Below are positions 1 to 13,176 of a DNA stretch of 64,000 nucleotides, one piece after another. Made by a program: the position numbers and the translations under genes. Every line of letters begins with the position of its first letter. Position 1 is the first letter of the stretch. The notes under the pieces were generated by a model, which was not told where the DNA came from, did no database searches, and saw only the letters and a program-made list of their open reading frames with translations. The stretch is from Lophium mytilinum (lineage: Eukaryota). The DNA lies in assembly GCA_010093605.1 (NCBI GenBank), contig MU004194.1, positions 844,323 through 908,322 of the forward strand. The letters run 5' to 3'.

Positions 1-1220
1 AACTAACAGTCATGGGCAAAACGCCTTATATTCATTAAAAAGACCTCGGGGTATTATTATGGACATGGACGGCCCTAGAGGTCTAGCCCAGTACTCCTTC
101 TTTGAGAAAGCTACTCTACATCAAATCCGATTTCCAGCTATGTTCCATATCTCTTTAGGATAGGTCTGATTTCAACTTCAGCTTTTGGCCGCCACTTGGG
201 ACCCAGACCTCAAATACGGAGACACATGCATGTATCGAAAAGTCAGCAACTTTATGATTCAAAGGCTCGCTCAGGACTCATTGGCACCGACATGTAATTG
301 TCTGAGCAGGATAACAGGCTTGATATCCTGCCAACGAAGAATGTGGTGGCCAACCATTCCATGTAGAGTGCGTCCCGTATCAACAAAGCCTTCTCCGTTA
401 GCTTGCCGTATGCTCCAGCAACGTGGAGACACATGAATTGACACCCTGGCCCATCACTAAGACCTATGCGGTTCATCGTGGGTTTGAAAGGGGCTGTCCG
501 ACGCCCAACGGGCCGCCTAAGTCACACGGCCCATTTGCCCAATGCATCGGTCTTACTACTTTCCCAGCAGCGAAAAATAAGGCGCCCAAGGGGCCAGGTA
601 GTGAACGCTTTGGCGAGACCGTGTCCTATGGCGGATAGATCTGAGATCAAGATGGCGTTTCCGAGTCCGTGGTACAGTCCTCTCGCTGTTCTCATTGATG
701 CGGGGAAGAATGTCTCACCTGCGGCCAGGCCCCCCGTCATGCACGACGGCTGTGGCTTCGGTTGTGGCTCCGTCCCTGGCACAGTAACGTCACGCTCAGT
801 CAGCTGTAGGAAGTGCAGTCTGGCTCGTCTAACTTGCCGGGAGATCTGTTTATTCTCGCATCGTTGAGATAGCGAGTGTGATAGTGCCATCAAGTGAGAA
901 GTAGCCACGGGATAATGGCGTGACAAACGATTGATCAAGCGGTAAATGTACGATTAGGAAAGATAGACAGTCTGGTATATGTTTAAGACAGGCAAACGAA
1001 AGACATTAAAGGTAGGGTACTCGCGGTTCAGACATCCTCCCATCAGTCGAGCGAATCCACTTTAGACTCAACCTACAAAGTGTAAAGTCGGCCTGCAGAA
1101 AGGCGGGAACATTACGTTGGTATCAGTCTAAGGCCCCCCGTCTCATCTTGAGACTTGCAAGGATCATGTCGCCAGCTGAAGTGGCCCTCTCCTATAACTC
1201 CAAAACTCCCACTGCATTCC

Positions 1221-3297
1221 TCACACCTTTCCCCAGCCAAGTTCTTTGCCTTTGCCTTGGTCCTCACCCCAGTAGGCTCTGCTACTTGAGTAAGCACCCT
1301 TCGCTTGCTCCTCTTCGAACAGAGAGCGAGCTTTCTCTGCACGATCTCTCGTGCGGATACTTAGCTCAAACGCGAAGGGTACCGGCTTTGCAATGAGCAG
1401 CGTTGTGAAGTCAAGCGTTGGATCAAGATCTTGGCTAGACTTCTTGGTCTTCACACGAATCTTTTCCAAATGTACCTCCTCTTCAGCTATGTCTGCAGCT
1501 GGCCAGGCACCAGGATAGAAAAGCTCCTCTGCCGTTTCCGGCTTTTCCAAACCAGCGTTCAACTCTTCGGCGGAGATGGTCGCATTCGCGTGGTGGCGTC
1601 GGAGACCGTCTTTCTCGTCAAGTTCTTCGGTTTCAGACAGTGAGTCGTACCCAGAGTCGCCGCATGATTCATCACTGTCATTTTCGCCCTTCTTTGCAAT
1701 GTTGAATAACCAGGCAATAGATCCAATCCCAATCAGCATGTCCTCGTCCGCAACACCCTGGCCTTGGCACACCCTGCGGCCATACCCAAACTGTGTGCAA
1801 TTTATTACTGTGGGATATTGCGTGAGCGGTTCGCGATAAGTCGGGAATTCAGGCTTGACCCAGCGCAGAGGGTTGAAGGATTCAGGGTCTGGGAACATAG
1901 CGGGGTCGCGAGATATGGCCCTAACGTCGGTTAGCGATCGACCAATGATGACAGCACCAGGCTAACGTCAACGTCTGCTTACCATTCGAGTGGATGCATC
2001 ACACTGCCCTTGGGAATATGGTAACCGGCGTACGAGTCGTCTTGGATCAGGTAATGCGGAATGCCAGTGGGAACAGGCGGCCGCCAGCGCAGACATTCTC
2101 GGATGACGGCGCGCAAGAACGGGAGGTTTTCGCGGTCCTCCGATCGCGGTGGGCGATCTCCGCAAACCCTGTCGAGCTCTTCCTGGAGCATCGGGAGATA
2201 CTGCGGGTAGTGGGTCATGGCGAGACAGAACGTCTGCATGGGTGCCGCGATGGTGAGTGCGCCCGCAATACCATGCATGCCGACTGAGTAAGCCCCTTCC
2301 ATGTCGTACTGGAAACCCCAGCTCCCACGATGCTCGAGGAATGTCTTCATCCAAGACTGAGGTGCTCTCTTCTCTCTCAAGTCACGCTCAACGTCCTTCT
2401 GCATTATTTCAAAGAATTTTCGCTCTGTGTTCGCACGTCGTCGTTCCCATGCCTTTGGTGGTGAAAGCCAATCCGGAAGAGACATGAGGAACGGTAGCTT
2501 GTTGCCCATCGCTCCAGTGGGCGATACTCCGATGAGAAGCTCACGCGCTCTCTGCTTAAGCTCCTCGTTAGCTTCGCTGTGGCCCCAGGCCAGGCGACAT
2601 GTCACCCGAGATATGAAAGACTCCAATATGTGATTATACTGCGATGGATGTTCCATCAACTCTACGAGCATGCGTTTCGCTTCGAGTTCAGGGTAACGGT
2701 GGAATCGTGCGTTCTCCGACTCTCGCATGACAGTATTTGCGAACTTGCGCTGTCGTGCCCATGCGCCTATGCGAAGTTAGCGACATCAACATCAGAGAGT
2801 GTGTTCTGGTCTGGACGAACCATTCTTGCTTGTTAGGGGAAGATACTGTCCACTCGTCCGGTTGTCATCGATGAGCGCAGGGATGTGAGGGCGATCCGAA
2901 TAGATGGCACCCTTCTTTGATAGAAGATCGTGTGCTATCTCATCAGATGATATCCAGACATGGTTGCTGCCAGCAAGGTTGACCTGGTAGATTGGTCCGT
3001 ACTCCTTTGCCCACTCGGCGAACTTGACGAAGCTGTTCTTTTCGGGTACATCTGGCACTGAGCCTAGGATGGGATAACCTAAAGTTCAAGAGATATAAGA
3101 AGATGTACTAGGAACTACGCAGCCTTGGCCATATCACGGTGCAGAGCTTTCACAATGGGGTGGATGACCATACCTTTGGGGCCTGGCAGCTTTTTCAGAC
3201 CAGGGGGGAGATGTTTGTGGGGACGACTTGCAAAGCGCTTCCAGAGCGTTGCAACGCACAGGATAGAGACGACCAAGAGGAGAGACAGCAGAGCCAT
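1221..3297 (-). CDS. Cytochrome P450 monooxygenase, 4 exons (3297-3174, 3078-2821, 2766-1983, 1920-1221)
   Basis: N-terminal membrane anchor plus proline hinge (LPPGLKKLPGPKG-YPILG), ExxR (ECLRWRPP), PERF-like PESFNPLRW, heme motif FGYGRRVCQG. GT-AG introns at 3173-3079, 2820-2767 and 1982-1921 join the ORFs in frame. Confidence 0.93.
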
Positions 3298-6200
3298 GGT
3301 TTGATATCAAGTCTAGCTTCAAGCAAAGGATAGCAATGAGTCTGCAGTACAAGAGAAGGAATGGAAGCGAGTGCGCGTCTTCGACGATCACGCAGCGTCC
3401 CATGGTGATTATAAACACGGCAGGTCAAAGTGGGATACCGCATTGCCGGGCCTGCTAGCAGATGGAACGCTAGACTCAGCCGTGGGCATGGTGAAGCAAT
3501 ACCAGGTATCCTACCACGCGATGCCGGCGTCATGCGGGACGCAACACCCTCCTGGGCCAGAGAAGCGCCAATTGAGCAGCTGGCCGGCGGCGCAGACGAA
3601 CCACGGTCCTAGTTTTCGGCAGCTCTGACAACTGAGTGGACCATGAGGCACTGTCAAGGCGAGTGTCAGTCAGCCCTCTTGCGACAGCTGGCGCTGCAGC
3701 TGCTGTGCTCCCCTCCCCGAAGTCCGGGAGAGAGGGATCGTCCAGAGAGTTCAGGCAGAGGTCATTCTCAGAATGATGCTCACAAGCGAGAAGACATGGT
3801 GGTGGAGGATCTCTGGGCCGAGCAGATAGGGCGGGCGCTACACAGAAAAGCGTGGATCGGGAACACGCGACTAGGGATAGCGGAGTGGCATGCCGTGGCA
3901 CGGCGACAAGATGGATGCTGGAACTTTGCGATGCCGGGGTGCATGTGGGCGCACGACAGCAGAAGCAAAGGGGTGAATGTCTGGCTGCATGTGGGTGCAG
4001 CAAAATGTGCCGACGCAAGCCCAGATTCTGCACCTGTTGCAGGCTGGCTGGGAGCGCACAGAACCGCTGTGCCGCGAGCCCATTTCGATCATGATTCGAG
4101 AGCAGTTGACGTCGATGGCTGCAAAATGCGCGCGGGTGCAGCTGTCGTCGGTGCTTGATACCCAGGTATGGTGTTGATCAACGTTCGGACCAGGGCTCCC
4201 TGCAAAGGCTGCTACCACGCATCGAGCTAGGCTGGTGGCGTTCGAGCACGCCCAGGGGTGAAGGGATCCCGAAACGGTATTCCCAGGGCACGGCACACGT
4301 GCTGACATGCTCACTCACTCCCACCACACCACCCTCACCTGCCGTCACGGTGGATATTCTCCACATCGTGGCCATCAGTAATATTGACAGTGTGCGTGAG
4401 CAACTGCCAGAAATGCTTCCGATGTGCTCCTCCAGCTTTCGTCCGGCCTAATTTCTTAGGATGGCCGCGGAGAAAATAGTGATTGACGTGCGCTAGACTC
4501 CCACGATACTCTCTTTGATACCGTGTCCCAAGACGCTCGGGCTGGCGGCGATGCGTCGTCGGCAGCTAGCTGCATCTGTCCATATGGGTCAAAAGCTACC
4601 CTTGAGCCTCCCAGCATTATCGCAGATCTTGCGCCGAATCCCAACCTCATATCCACCGCGTGGAGAGCCGGCCTCCATGTCCGAACTCGCGACAAGTCCC
4701 CTTTCATCTCCTTCTTGCGAGCGCGTTTCGTCATGTTGTCGTCTCGCATCCCGACCGCGCGCCTCTGCCGCCGTTGTAATATGTGGGTGACAGGCCCTAA
4801 TCCCCGACGACACTTGGAGTACGGGGTGCAGCCAACGGTGCAGCATGCACTGAGCCCAAGCGAGCGTCTTGGGGTCTCGGCGCAAGGCGCAGTGTGTAGA
4901 GACTGAGTTACCAACGGTGCAAGCCAGCGTTGCGAGCTTCAGCCAGCTGTCGTGCCTCTGGGGATTTCAAACGTGTCGCACGACCCTGCAACAAAACTTC
5001 CGGCATCCTTCACTCCATAGTATACGCCATCCATCCTAGGGAAGATCTAGCGAAAGTGGCAGGCTATGCGCGAAGACTGCCCCGGTGGGATCGGGCTCTA
5101 CATGCCTCTTCACACATTAGCGCCTTGCAGTCAGTCAATACGCCCAGGAGCCAAGTCGCGTCGATAGCGAACTCGCAAACCTCCATGTGTATGTACGCCC
5201 ATAGACCTTGCTAACAAACGGCTCATGCTCAATCCGAAACACTCACGAGAACTTTAGTCTGCAAAGACCATTCCAGCAGGGTACCATCGCGAGGTCAGAC
5301 CATATCGATATAGTGCATACATTTACAGCGTCTACTTTCCAGCCACGGTGCAGTATGAGCGTGCCCAGAAGCTGCGGCCACTGCGCCAAGTTCCCACTCC
5401 CCGAACTCTGCATTGCTATTACGTCGAGATCATGCAAAATTGCTTCGCCGTGGCAACACTCCCGATCCTCTCTCAACCTGGTTGCGGTTCACCTGAACAC
5501 TATCGCGGACCCGCCGCCCCCAAGAACGATGCCCAAGTACGCTATTAACGTCTGCTGTGCGACAGGTACGTCCTGGGCTATGAATTATATGCGACCTCTG
5601 AGCCACAAAACGCCTTGCATGGTACCCCCTACTCTGTCTGGGGGAACTGCGGGACTGTGTTCCTCCCAGTAAGTCAGTCTCTGGGAACGTTTGCTATTAT
5701 TATATCCTGTTACGTTTACGAAGAATTAGGAGGTTGAAAGCTTTTAGAGCTCTTTCTGCTATGGGATTTTCCCACCAGAAACGGCCTTGCTTGAGCGTCA
5801 GGAGATCCTAGATATTCCCCCTAGGATTCACGAGTGCATCGTTCCGGGTGTCTGCGAGTCTGTCCACAGCCTCTTCTCGAGTAGTTGCGGACATGTTTTT
5901 CTCCTGATTGTTGGGCCCTAAACAGCTCTCAATACTTCTCAATTATCTCAAGGCGAAGTTTGTTTGCGCCGTTGGCCGTCGTTATGTGGCGTTTTTGGGT
6001 TTTTCTTTGCTTCTTCCACGCAGCTGCATGCAGTCAGCTTTCCTTCCATGTTTCAGCCAATCCACGAGCAACGACTGCGCCGCGATAAAGCCACCAAATA
6101 TTCTCCGCGCGATCTATTTCTGCAGGTTCCCGAAAGCCAGGCCTGGATTGATGGCTATTCCGCACAATTTTTAGGACGCCTCTAGAGATCTCTAGGGCTC

Positions 6201-9200
6201 CGACTTCTTTGAGTCCGCTCAAGTCAATAACCACGATGTAGTGAGGACTTTCAAGGTATCTTTCGATTGATAAAGCTCTCAGACAGTTCGCTGCGGCCAG
6301 CTAGCGTTCAGGCTCACCCCAGGATGTCAAATGACCATGTGAAGGCCTGCTAATGCCATCGAAGTACTCACTCATACGAAGGACATTTACCAACCGACTA
6401 CAGGTCATAGTTTTTCTTGGTCTTCCCGAGTCTGCGAAGCTAATGCTGTGTCATGATGGAACCATTCCTGCGGCTTTTATTGAACGGTGAGTCGGCTTGC
6501 AGACCGCCTCCGCCGCGTCGAGATCTGTGTTGACCAGCTTGCCAGCAGGCAGTAATCGATCTCGGGTAGATCTGGATTCCTCTTTCAGCTTGTTTTCTTC
6601 GTGAATCAATTCCCTCTCCGCACACAACCTAGTTAGTTTCAGCATTTGGAACTCATCGGCCAGATGTGGGAATTGTTCACAATTCAAATCTACCCCGGCT
6701 CTAGGCTAATACTTCCAAATGAATAATTTGACGAGGTTGTGTACCACGGCGACCGTTCTCATGGAACCATCGGTCCCGAGGCCTGTCACCCAAAACAGCG
6801 TCGCCGCAGTAGTTAGTTCGTCAGACTTCTCCTTCTTGCATTTGCAGACGCGCATATCGGAAAGTGAGGTGCCGCTATGACATATATTCTTGCCGCCCAC
6901 TGGGAAATTAACCTATCCCGCCTCATCCATGAGGCTTTCACGCTCAACATTCTCGCTTACTCCGGGCTCTCGAACTTCCGTTCACACCACAACTCGGTCT
7001 CTAAGGTTTGGCCCCTATGCCGCATTACCGCCTATGTCGTACCAACACTTGGTCTGGATCACAGCAGGTTTCGCTTCCTACAATCGTATCTCGAAAATAG
7101 TTCTCCCGACCCCGACGGGAATTTTTACACTCCTCTATATCTCGCCTTGTAAGCGATGTTACCCACCCGAAGTGCTCACGATGGACTGGCAAGCGCATGT
7201 AAGGCAGCTATCCATTAAGTTGTCGCATAAATGGACTTCAGCAGCATCTCATGGCCCAGGATCCTACTCCGCGGACGAACAAAGTGGCATTAATCCGACA
7301 CCTCCGACTCTCGCCGGCTGTACCGTAGTCTGCTGGACTTGCAACATCAGCGAATCCCCCTATAGGCTCCTTACTCCTTGAAACCGATCACGAAAATGCT
7401 GTTCTGCATGCCTATCAGCACTGCTGCACTCCTACGATGCACCGGTCCAATCGCTAGTGCTGGAAGTATACTGTGCCGCGATATTTTGTCTCAGATTCCG
7501 TGCCATGCATCCCTCAGATTCCTTACATCCTATGTCCTTCGCATCTAATCGCATGCACGAATCAAAATCCAGATTGAGTCCGACACGATGATCGCGCTAT
7601 GCCCTTCGACCTTCTTGACGACAAAGATGTCGCACGAAGTCACTCACATGGAATGCGCCCCCAGGCCGTAAGAACCATGTCCCTGTACGAGTTACATCAA
7701 ATGCTTACTTGCAGCGATGAATCATGATGGTGATAGAAGTGGGGTGGCACTCAAGCTAAATCTATGATACTGTGATCCTACGGAGAGCACAGGAAGGGAC
7801 TGCGGCGAAAGTAAGCTGAAAAGCCGATCGCTAGGTCAACGAGAATGTCTTAACCTTGACCTATACTGTGCAGTTGCGTCTTGCCATTGCAGTATTCGCA
7901 ATTACTATAGTGCTGAGTCAGATTAGTTTGTCCCCATGTTGTAAGCTTCTGCTATACGGCGCCACGGCGAGGCTTGAAGTCATAATGATGCGCGGTGATT
8001 GGTGGAAGGCTATCGGTGCTGGTCAGTTAGGCTGACTCTGCATGAGACCTAATCGTATATCTGCTTTAGCAAAATTAATTTTACTGTGATTGAATTGAAA
8101 GGTTGCGATGTATTTAGTTTTGGAGAACTGTCCATGCGATGGAGAATACAGTGTACCCGGGCCTAGCTTGCTCTTACAGAGAAGTCTAGATCAACAGAAC
8201 CGCGGTAGCCCGCCGTGGTGTACGCACTTGAAACGTCCCGTGACCAGGTGTTGGATTCTTCCTAGCATTGACGAATACGAGGCTACCGTCGATCTGCTCG
8301 CCTTTCTTGGAGAGCTTGTTCTCGAAAGTCTTATCCTACAGATGGAGCTAGGAGGACAGTCGTAGCAACCCTCTTGTTGCATCAGTTCGTTACTTTGAAA
8401 AGTTGTCTATCAAGGTTTCTAGGTAGAAGCTGAGGCATAATTGTTTCTAGTCAGTCGTCATCGGGACGGCTTAGCACGGGCCAGTAAGGTCTGAAGGAGT
8501 CTGACCGAAGGACCGGCGAGGCAATTTCAACGTACGTATATATATAATCTGACCGCACCTCTCTTCCTGTCGCCTTCATAGACTGCAAAAAGGCTGGCTG
8601 CTTCAAATTTGAGTACGATCGTGTACGGTTGTAGACGACGCGTCGCCGCTACTAAAACGACTCACCTGTGTCGCTCCACAAGATGAATGGAGTGGAAGTA
8701 TAGGTGACTTTCTCTACATACAAAGGTATCTCTTTGGTCACATGCGCCCGTCCTACTCATTATCTCTATCACTATTTTCACGGTCCTGAATTCCTTCAAT
8801 TGCTTCGTTTGCTGTGTGCCACACGAGTCAGGATGCCTCATGCAGCAGTCTTGACTGAATCAAGGATTAGTTTCAGCCTCGTTTGCCGAGGCCTGAGGCC
8901 AATACGAGCCTCATCGAACCGCACCCTCCGTGCAACTGATTTCTCAGCCAGAAGTGCCGGTGATCCCAACTAACGACCAACCCACTGGGCAATCCTCCAC
9001 GTCCTAGTACCTTACATTTTGCGCTGACCGCGCCCCGCCAAGCGCTCTCACAGTTGACATCCGGCGACGTGTGATCTAGCCGCCGGGAGATAGGCAGCAA
9101 TTGGCCCTTAGCTGGTTGAGGCTCTTCACCACGCCGGTCCGCGCGATCACTCTATCCAAAGAGTTCATAGCCCATTCATCCTCCCTACGTTATTGTTCGA

Positions 9201-9415
9201 CTGCCTGTTCTTACTCTCAATCTATTCTATTGCAGCACAAGGACTTATATTTTCTTTTCATCTTTTCAGCCTTGCGGATATTGATACATGCGACCTTCAA
9301 ATTCACATCATGAGCACGTACCAAAGCCTTCCGACTCCCGTTTTATCTTGAGTTCAGTCCCGTTGTTCCATCATATTCACTCCTATTGAAACAAGTACGA
9401 GTGCCATTCTACAGT

Positions 9416-12400
9416 ATGCGGACGAATTTGACCGAATGCGGCATACGATACATGTCAAACCCGGAGTTGTCATGGAAATACGGATATAACGGCACAACTC
9501 GAGGAATCCCCCAGAACCCATTGACACAAGCTACTTTTGAGGGATGTGAGGCTCTTTGCGGTCGCGGCACTGACTTCTATCCGTGGGCAACAAGCTCAGC
9601 AACTATTACAACATGGATCTTGCCGGTGATCGGAATGATTTTACAGGCCCCTTTCGAAAGCAACGCCTTCAGACGAACGATTCTGGCTTTGTTCCGATGG
9701 CTGGGATCTCCAATGAGTTCCCTTTCCTACATCCTTTGGAATATAAAGGTCTCTGGCAAATGCGCGCTGATGGGTGAGTGTTAAGAATTTGTAGCATTCT
9801 TGTGAAGTCTGAATACTAAGTCAAGCCAGTTGATATGTCAGTACCTTACGAGAATTCAGTTCCAAACGAGGAAAGTGATTTTGCTCACATCCGGGATTCG
9901 TTCTATCTGCTTATGACGATGAATCAATACACTATGAACGACAGAGCATCATCCCGCAAGTCATCGGAGGGTTTACTACGTATCGTGCTCTTCAGCAGAG
10001 ATCTTCGCCTCCGAAACTCAAAACTGTCGCTGAAGCAAACACGCGAGAAGCTAGCAGAAGAACTAAGAGAAGGTCGAAAAAGAGGAGTGGTACCAGTCTT
10101 CGTTTCCACCATGTGGTTTCTCTTTGCACTCGCAATCTCTATCCAAAGCGCCTTCGGGTTCCTAGGAGAGAACACAACTGCACATGACCTAGCTCTCGGC
10201 TTCTTGCTCTCTTGGCTTCCCGTCCTAATTCTCGGCAGCATTGTCGACCGAAATCCAGTTGCCGCAGAAGACGTTCGAAGGAAACTGAATAAGCTTGTGG
10301 ACCATGTTCGAGTGTCACTTCTGAACGATGAGATTAGGAACGAGTTCATTCGATCGTGTACGTAAGCCCCCAACACAGATAAAAAGTTTCCCAGCAATAT
10401 GTCAGCTTGAAAAACTACTTAGGCAGTATTCCGAGACAGCCACTGGTACACCACTGCTTAGGGTACCCCTAGAGGGTTTCGAAGACTCGAGGGCGGTGTC
10501 AAACTTCAAGCAGTGCAGATTAGACTGCCTCTTGACTGATTGCCTGCTCAGCAGTCTGGCTACCCTCAACAGTGGTGTCTTGGAATTCCCTGAAGGAGTG
10601 TCTCACGCAGCATAACCTGTCATTCATATCGATTATCTCCCTCTGGCTCTGAAAGATTTGCTAACTTTACTGCCACCTTAAGTCGAAGGCCAAGCCGAGT
10701 TCCCGAGGGTAGAAGCCTGGGTGAAGGAAGTGTATGATAACTGTGAATACATGACTAAATTTTTCACCGCTTTTGCCGGCCAAGGAAGACGTCCATGGCA
10801 TTATGGAGCAGCGTAAGTCTTTACTAGAAGATCGCCATCCATGCATTCATATTGACCATGCTTCAGACACCCCATTCTTTCGGATATCGAACCTTATGTG
10901 GCCTCCAAGGGGCGCAACTGGCTCGACAACGAAGTAGAGGCACGCACACATCTAGTTCTCGGACTTGAAAGCAGAGGCTTGATCTGGTTTGACTTCAGAG
11001 AGTTTTGGCAGATATTGGCTTCGGTCGCAATCGTAACATTGACCATTGCCGGAGCATTCGTCATATCGTTCTTTACCCCTACCGTGGGCTTGGGCTGCCG
11101 GAGCGGGGGATACCTCATCTTTACCTGCATAAGCTTTGGGCTCCTCGTCTGCGAGCTGCTCGTTTGGTGGGCCTCGTCTCCGCCACAACCTGAGGAGCCG
11201 CAGTTGAACCAGCTGCTAAGTCGAACACGTACACGCCTGGAAAGCAACGCATCATTCGTAAGAGCAGAACAGACGTCGAGCAGGTTTTCGCACCGGACTT
11301 ACCAGATGATACTGGCTACCCGCGATTTCATTGAATCTTGGATGGTGCGGATCGTTGTTGGCTTTATCAGCATCCTACCCTTACGCAATAAAGATGCCGA
11401 CTGTCGATGGATTCGGGAAGTCATGGTAGGTCTCTTCACCACAATCCATAACTACAAGCTGAAGGAATGGACTCGATACTTCTTCTTCATACCTGTTGAG
11501 TTCGTGAATACAACCTGGCTCTGCTACATTGTATTCGCACAGACCTCCGGCTCATATCATAACTGTCGCTGTTCGACGTCTATGTGGGGAGGTGGCGGTG
11601 GATACATCGATTTCAAGCAATCGATAATCACAACCACTCCATGGGTACACCTTTATTGGATCGGCGGAACAGTCCTTGGGTGTACGACTATGGGTCTGTC
11701 TATGGTCTATATTGTCGTTGAGTGGTGCTTGCAGTCACACCTGAGCACCGAATCCTACCGCAAAGCCCAACGTGGACTTCAGAGAACACGCCTGTACCGC
11801 AAATTAACATTGCCCCTTCGGATCGTCACACGCTACATTGGCGATACTAGCTTCACGGCCTTCTGTTGGCTATGCGCAAAGCTGAACCTCAAATATAAGC
11901 ATGAGCGCTTTTTAATATGGACCTACGAAACGACATACTGGTACCGCCCTCCTTACTCTGGAGCTAGGAACTCACCACGGCCTCCCGACGACTACCATTC
12001 GCCACCAGGCCCACGCCCATCAACAGACGCCAGCACCCCATTCCTAGGATCGCCGTTTACTCAAAGTAGCCCTCCTACTACTCAATCGCATAAAACTCAA
12101 CCCTGTATGTATGGCAGCCCCGATCCAGGCATAGGACCGTCTAGCCCGCCTCCTCAGTACCGCCGCAAGAGCAGTGAAACCTCGGTTCAGCAACACTTAC
12201 AGCCATTTCCAAGGTTCTCCACGGAAATGGAAACGCGTGAACGAGCGACCAGCGACTCGTCCCAAATTCCGCTCATTCAAACGCCGAAAGAGGCACAGGG
12301 CTCGTTTATCATCCCACGGAAGCCTTCTGGGGGGTTGAGCGTAGGCCTGGGTATATCAACGCCCGTATCTCAATCTCCAACAAGACCTAGTATGGACAGT

Positions 12401-12667
12401 GCCATCAGTGCGACCAGTCCGACCGATGCGCGAGGGAGGATGTCAGAGGCGTATCTGTCGCCGACAGGTCTTCAGCGGAGTCCATCATCAGAAGACTGTC
12501 TACAGCCTCCGCTGCATCGGCCAACTTATGCTCGTCAGACAACGGATGAGAACTCGCGTCGAGGGAGTAGTGAAGAGAGGGAACAGGTTCGCAAGGGAGT
12601 TACTTGGGCGACTGAGGAGAGAGGGACTAGGAGTTTCCCACCATCGCAAGGACCGCGTTATTCTTAA
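9416..12667 (+). CDS. Uncharacterised fungal multi-pass membrane protein with Ser/Pro-rich C-terminal tail; exons ~9416-9773, 9830-10357, 10683-10812, 10867-12667 (start uncertain)
   Basis: Introns 9774-9829, 10358-10682 and 10813-10866 give one continuous frame (CALM-V-DMSV; FIRS-F-EGQAEF...WHYGA-A-HPILSDIE). Several hydrophobic segments; Cys motifs CEALCG and GLGCRSGGY. Confidence 0.8.
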
Positions 12668-13176
12668 CCTGGAGGGCCTAATCCCGAGATTTCATCTCTT
12701 TTTCAACTGTCGCATTTTGGAGGAGGTCTGGCACTGCCCTAGATGTAATGGCAAAATTGGTCTCCTAATCTGGATTTCGGTAATGCATATTCTACTGCTT
12801 TACTCATCAATATTAATCTACGACAGCATCTTGAACTGCCATGCTAAGTAATACGTTTCCGTATTGTCATTCGTACCGGAGCTTGAAGATGTGAACGTGG
12901 CTTCGCCAGCATCTCTTTGCGCTGAATTACTCATCACTCCCAGAGGATAAACATCTACGCTTCACATGTAAGAAATCACGATACGTTGATACCATCTCAG
13001 CTGCAGGTAGCAGCTTTCAAATGAACAACATGTACAGTTTTGTTTCGGTCGAAAACAACACGTTGCAAGACGGCCGTGGGATCAGGCTGCAACTATTCGA
13101 GGCGGAGTATAAACTGGTTTCCATTCCGCGATCCTTCAAGCACCTAAAGCTGGCCTTCATTCCTCAACTATTCCAA

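Noticed and set aside
3400..5700. Many overlapping 60-170-aa ORFs on both strands
   Set aside because: GC-rich upstream sequence; Cys/Arg/Ala-rich random-looking translations with no coherent splice model.
10358..10560. Stwintron (nested intron splitting the donor) suggested by GTAC|GTAAGC
   Set aside because: Removing an internal intron to the CAG acceptors near 10551-10554 does not rebuild a valid donor, and GTACGT already works as a donor.
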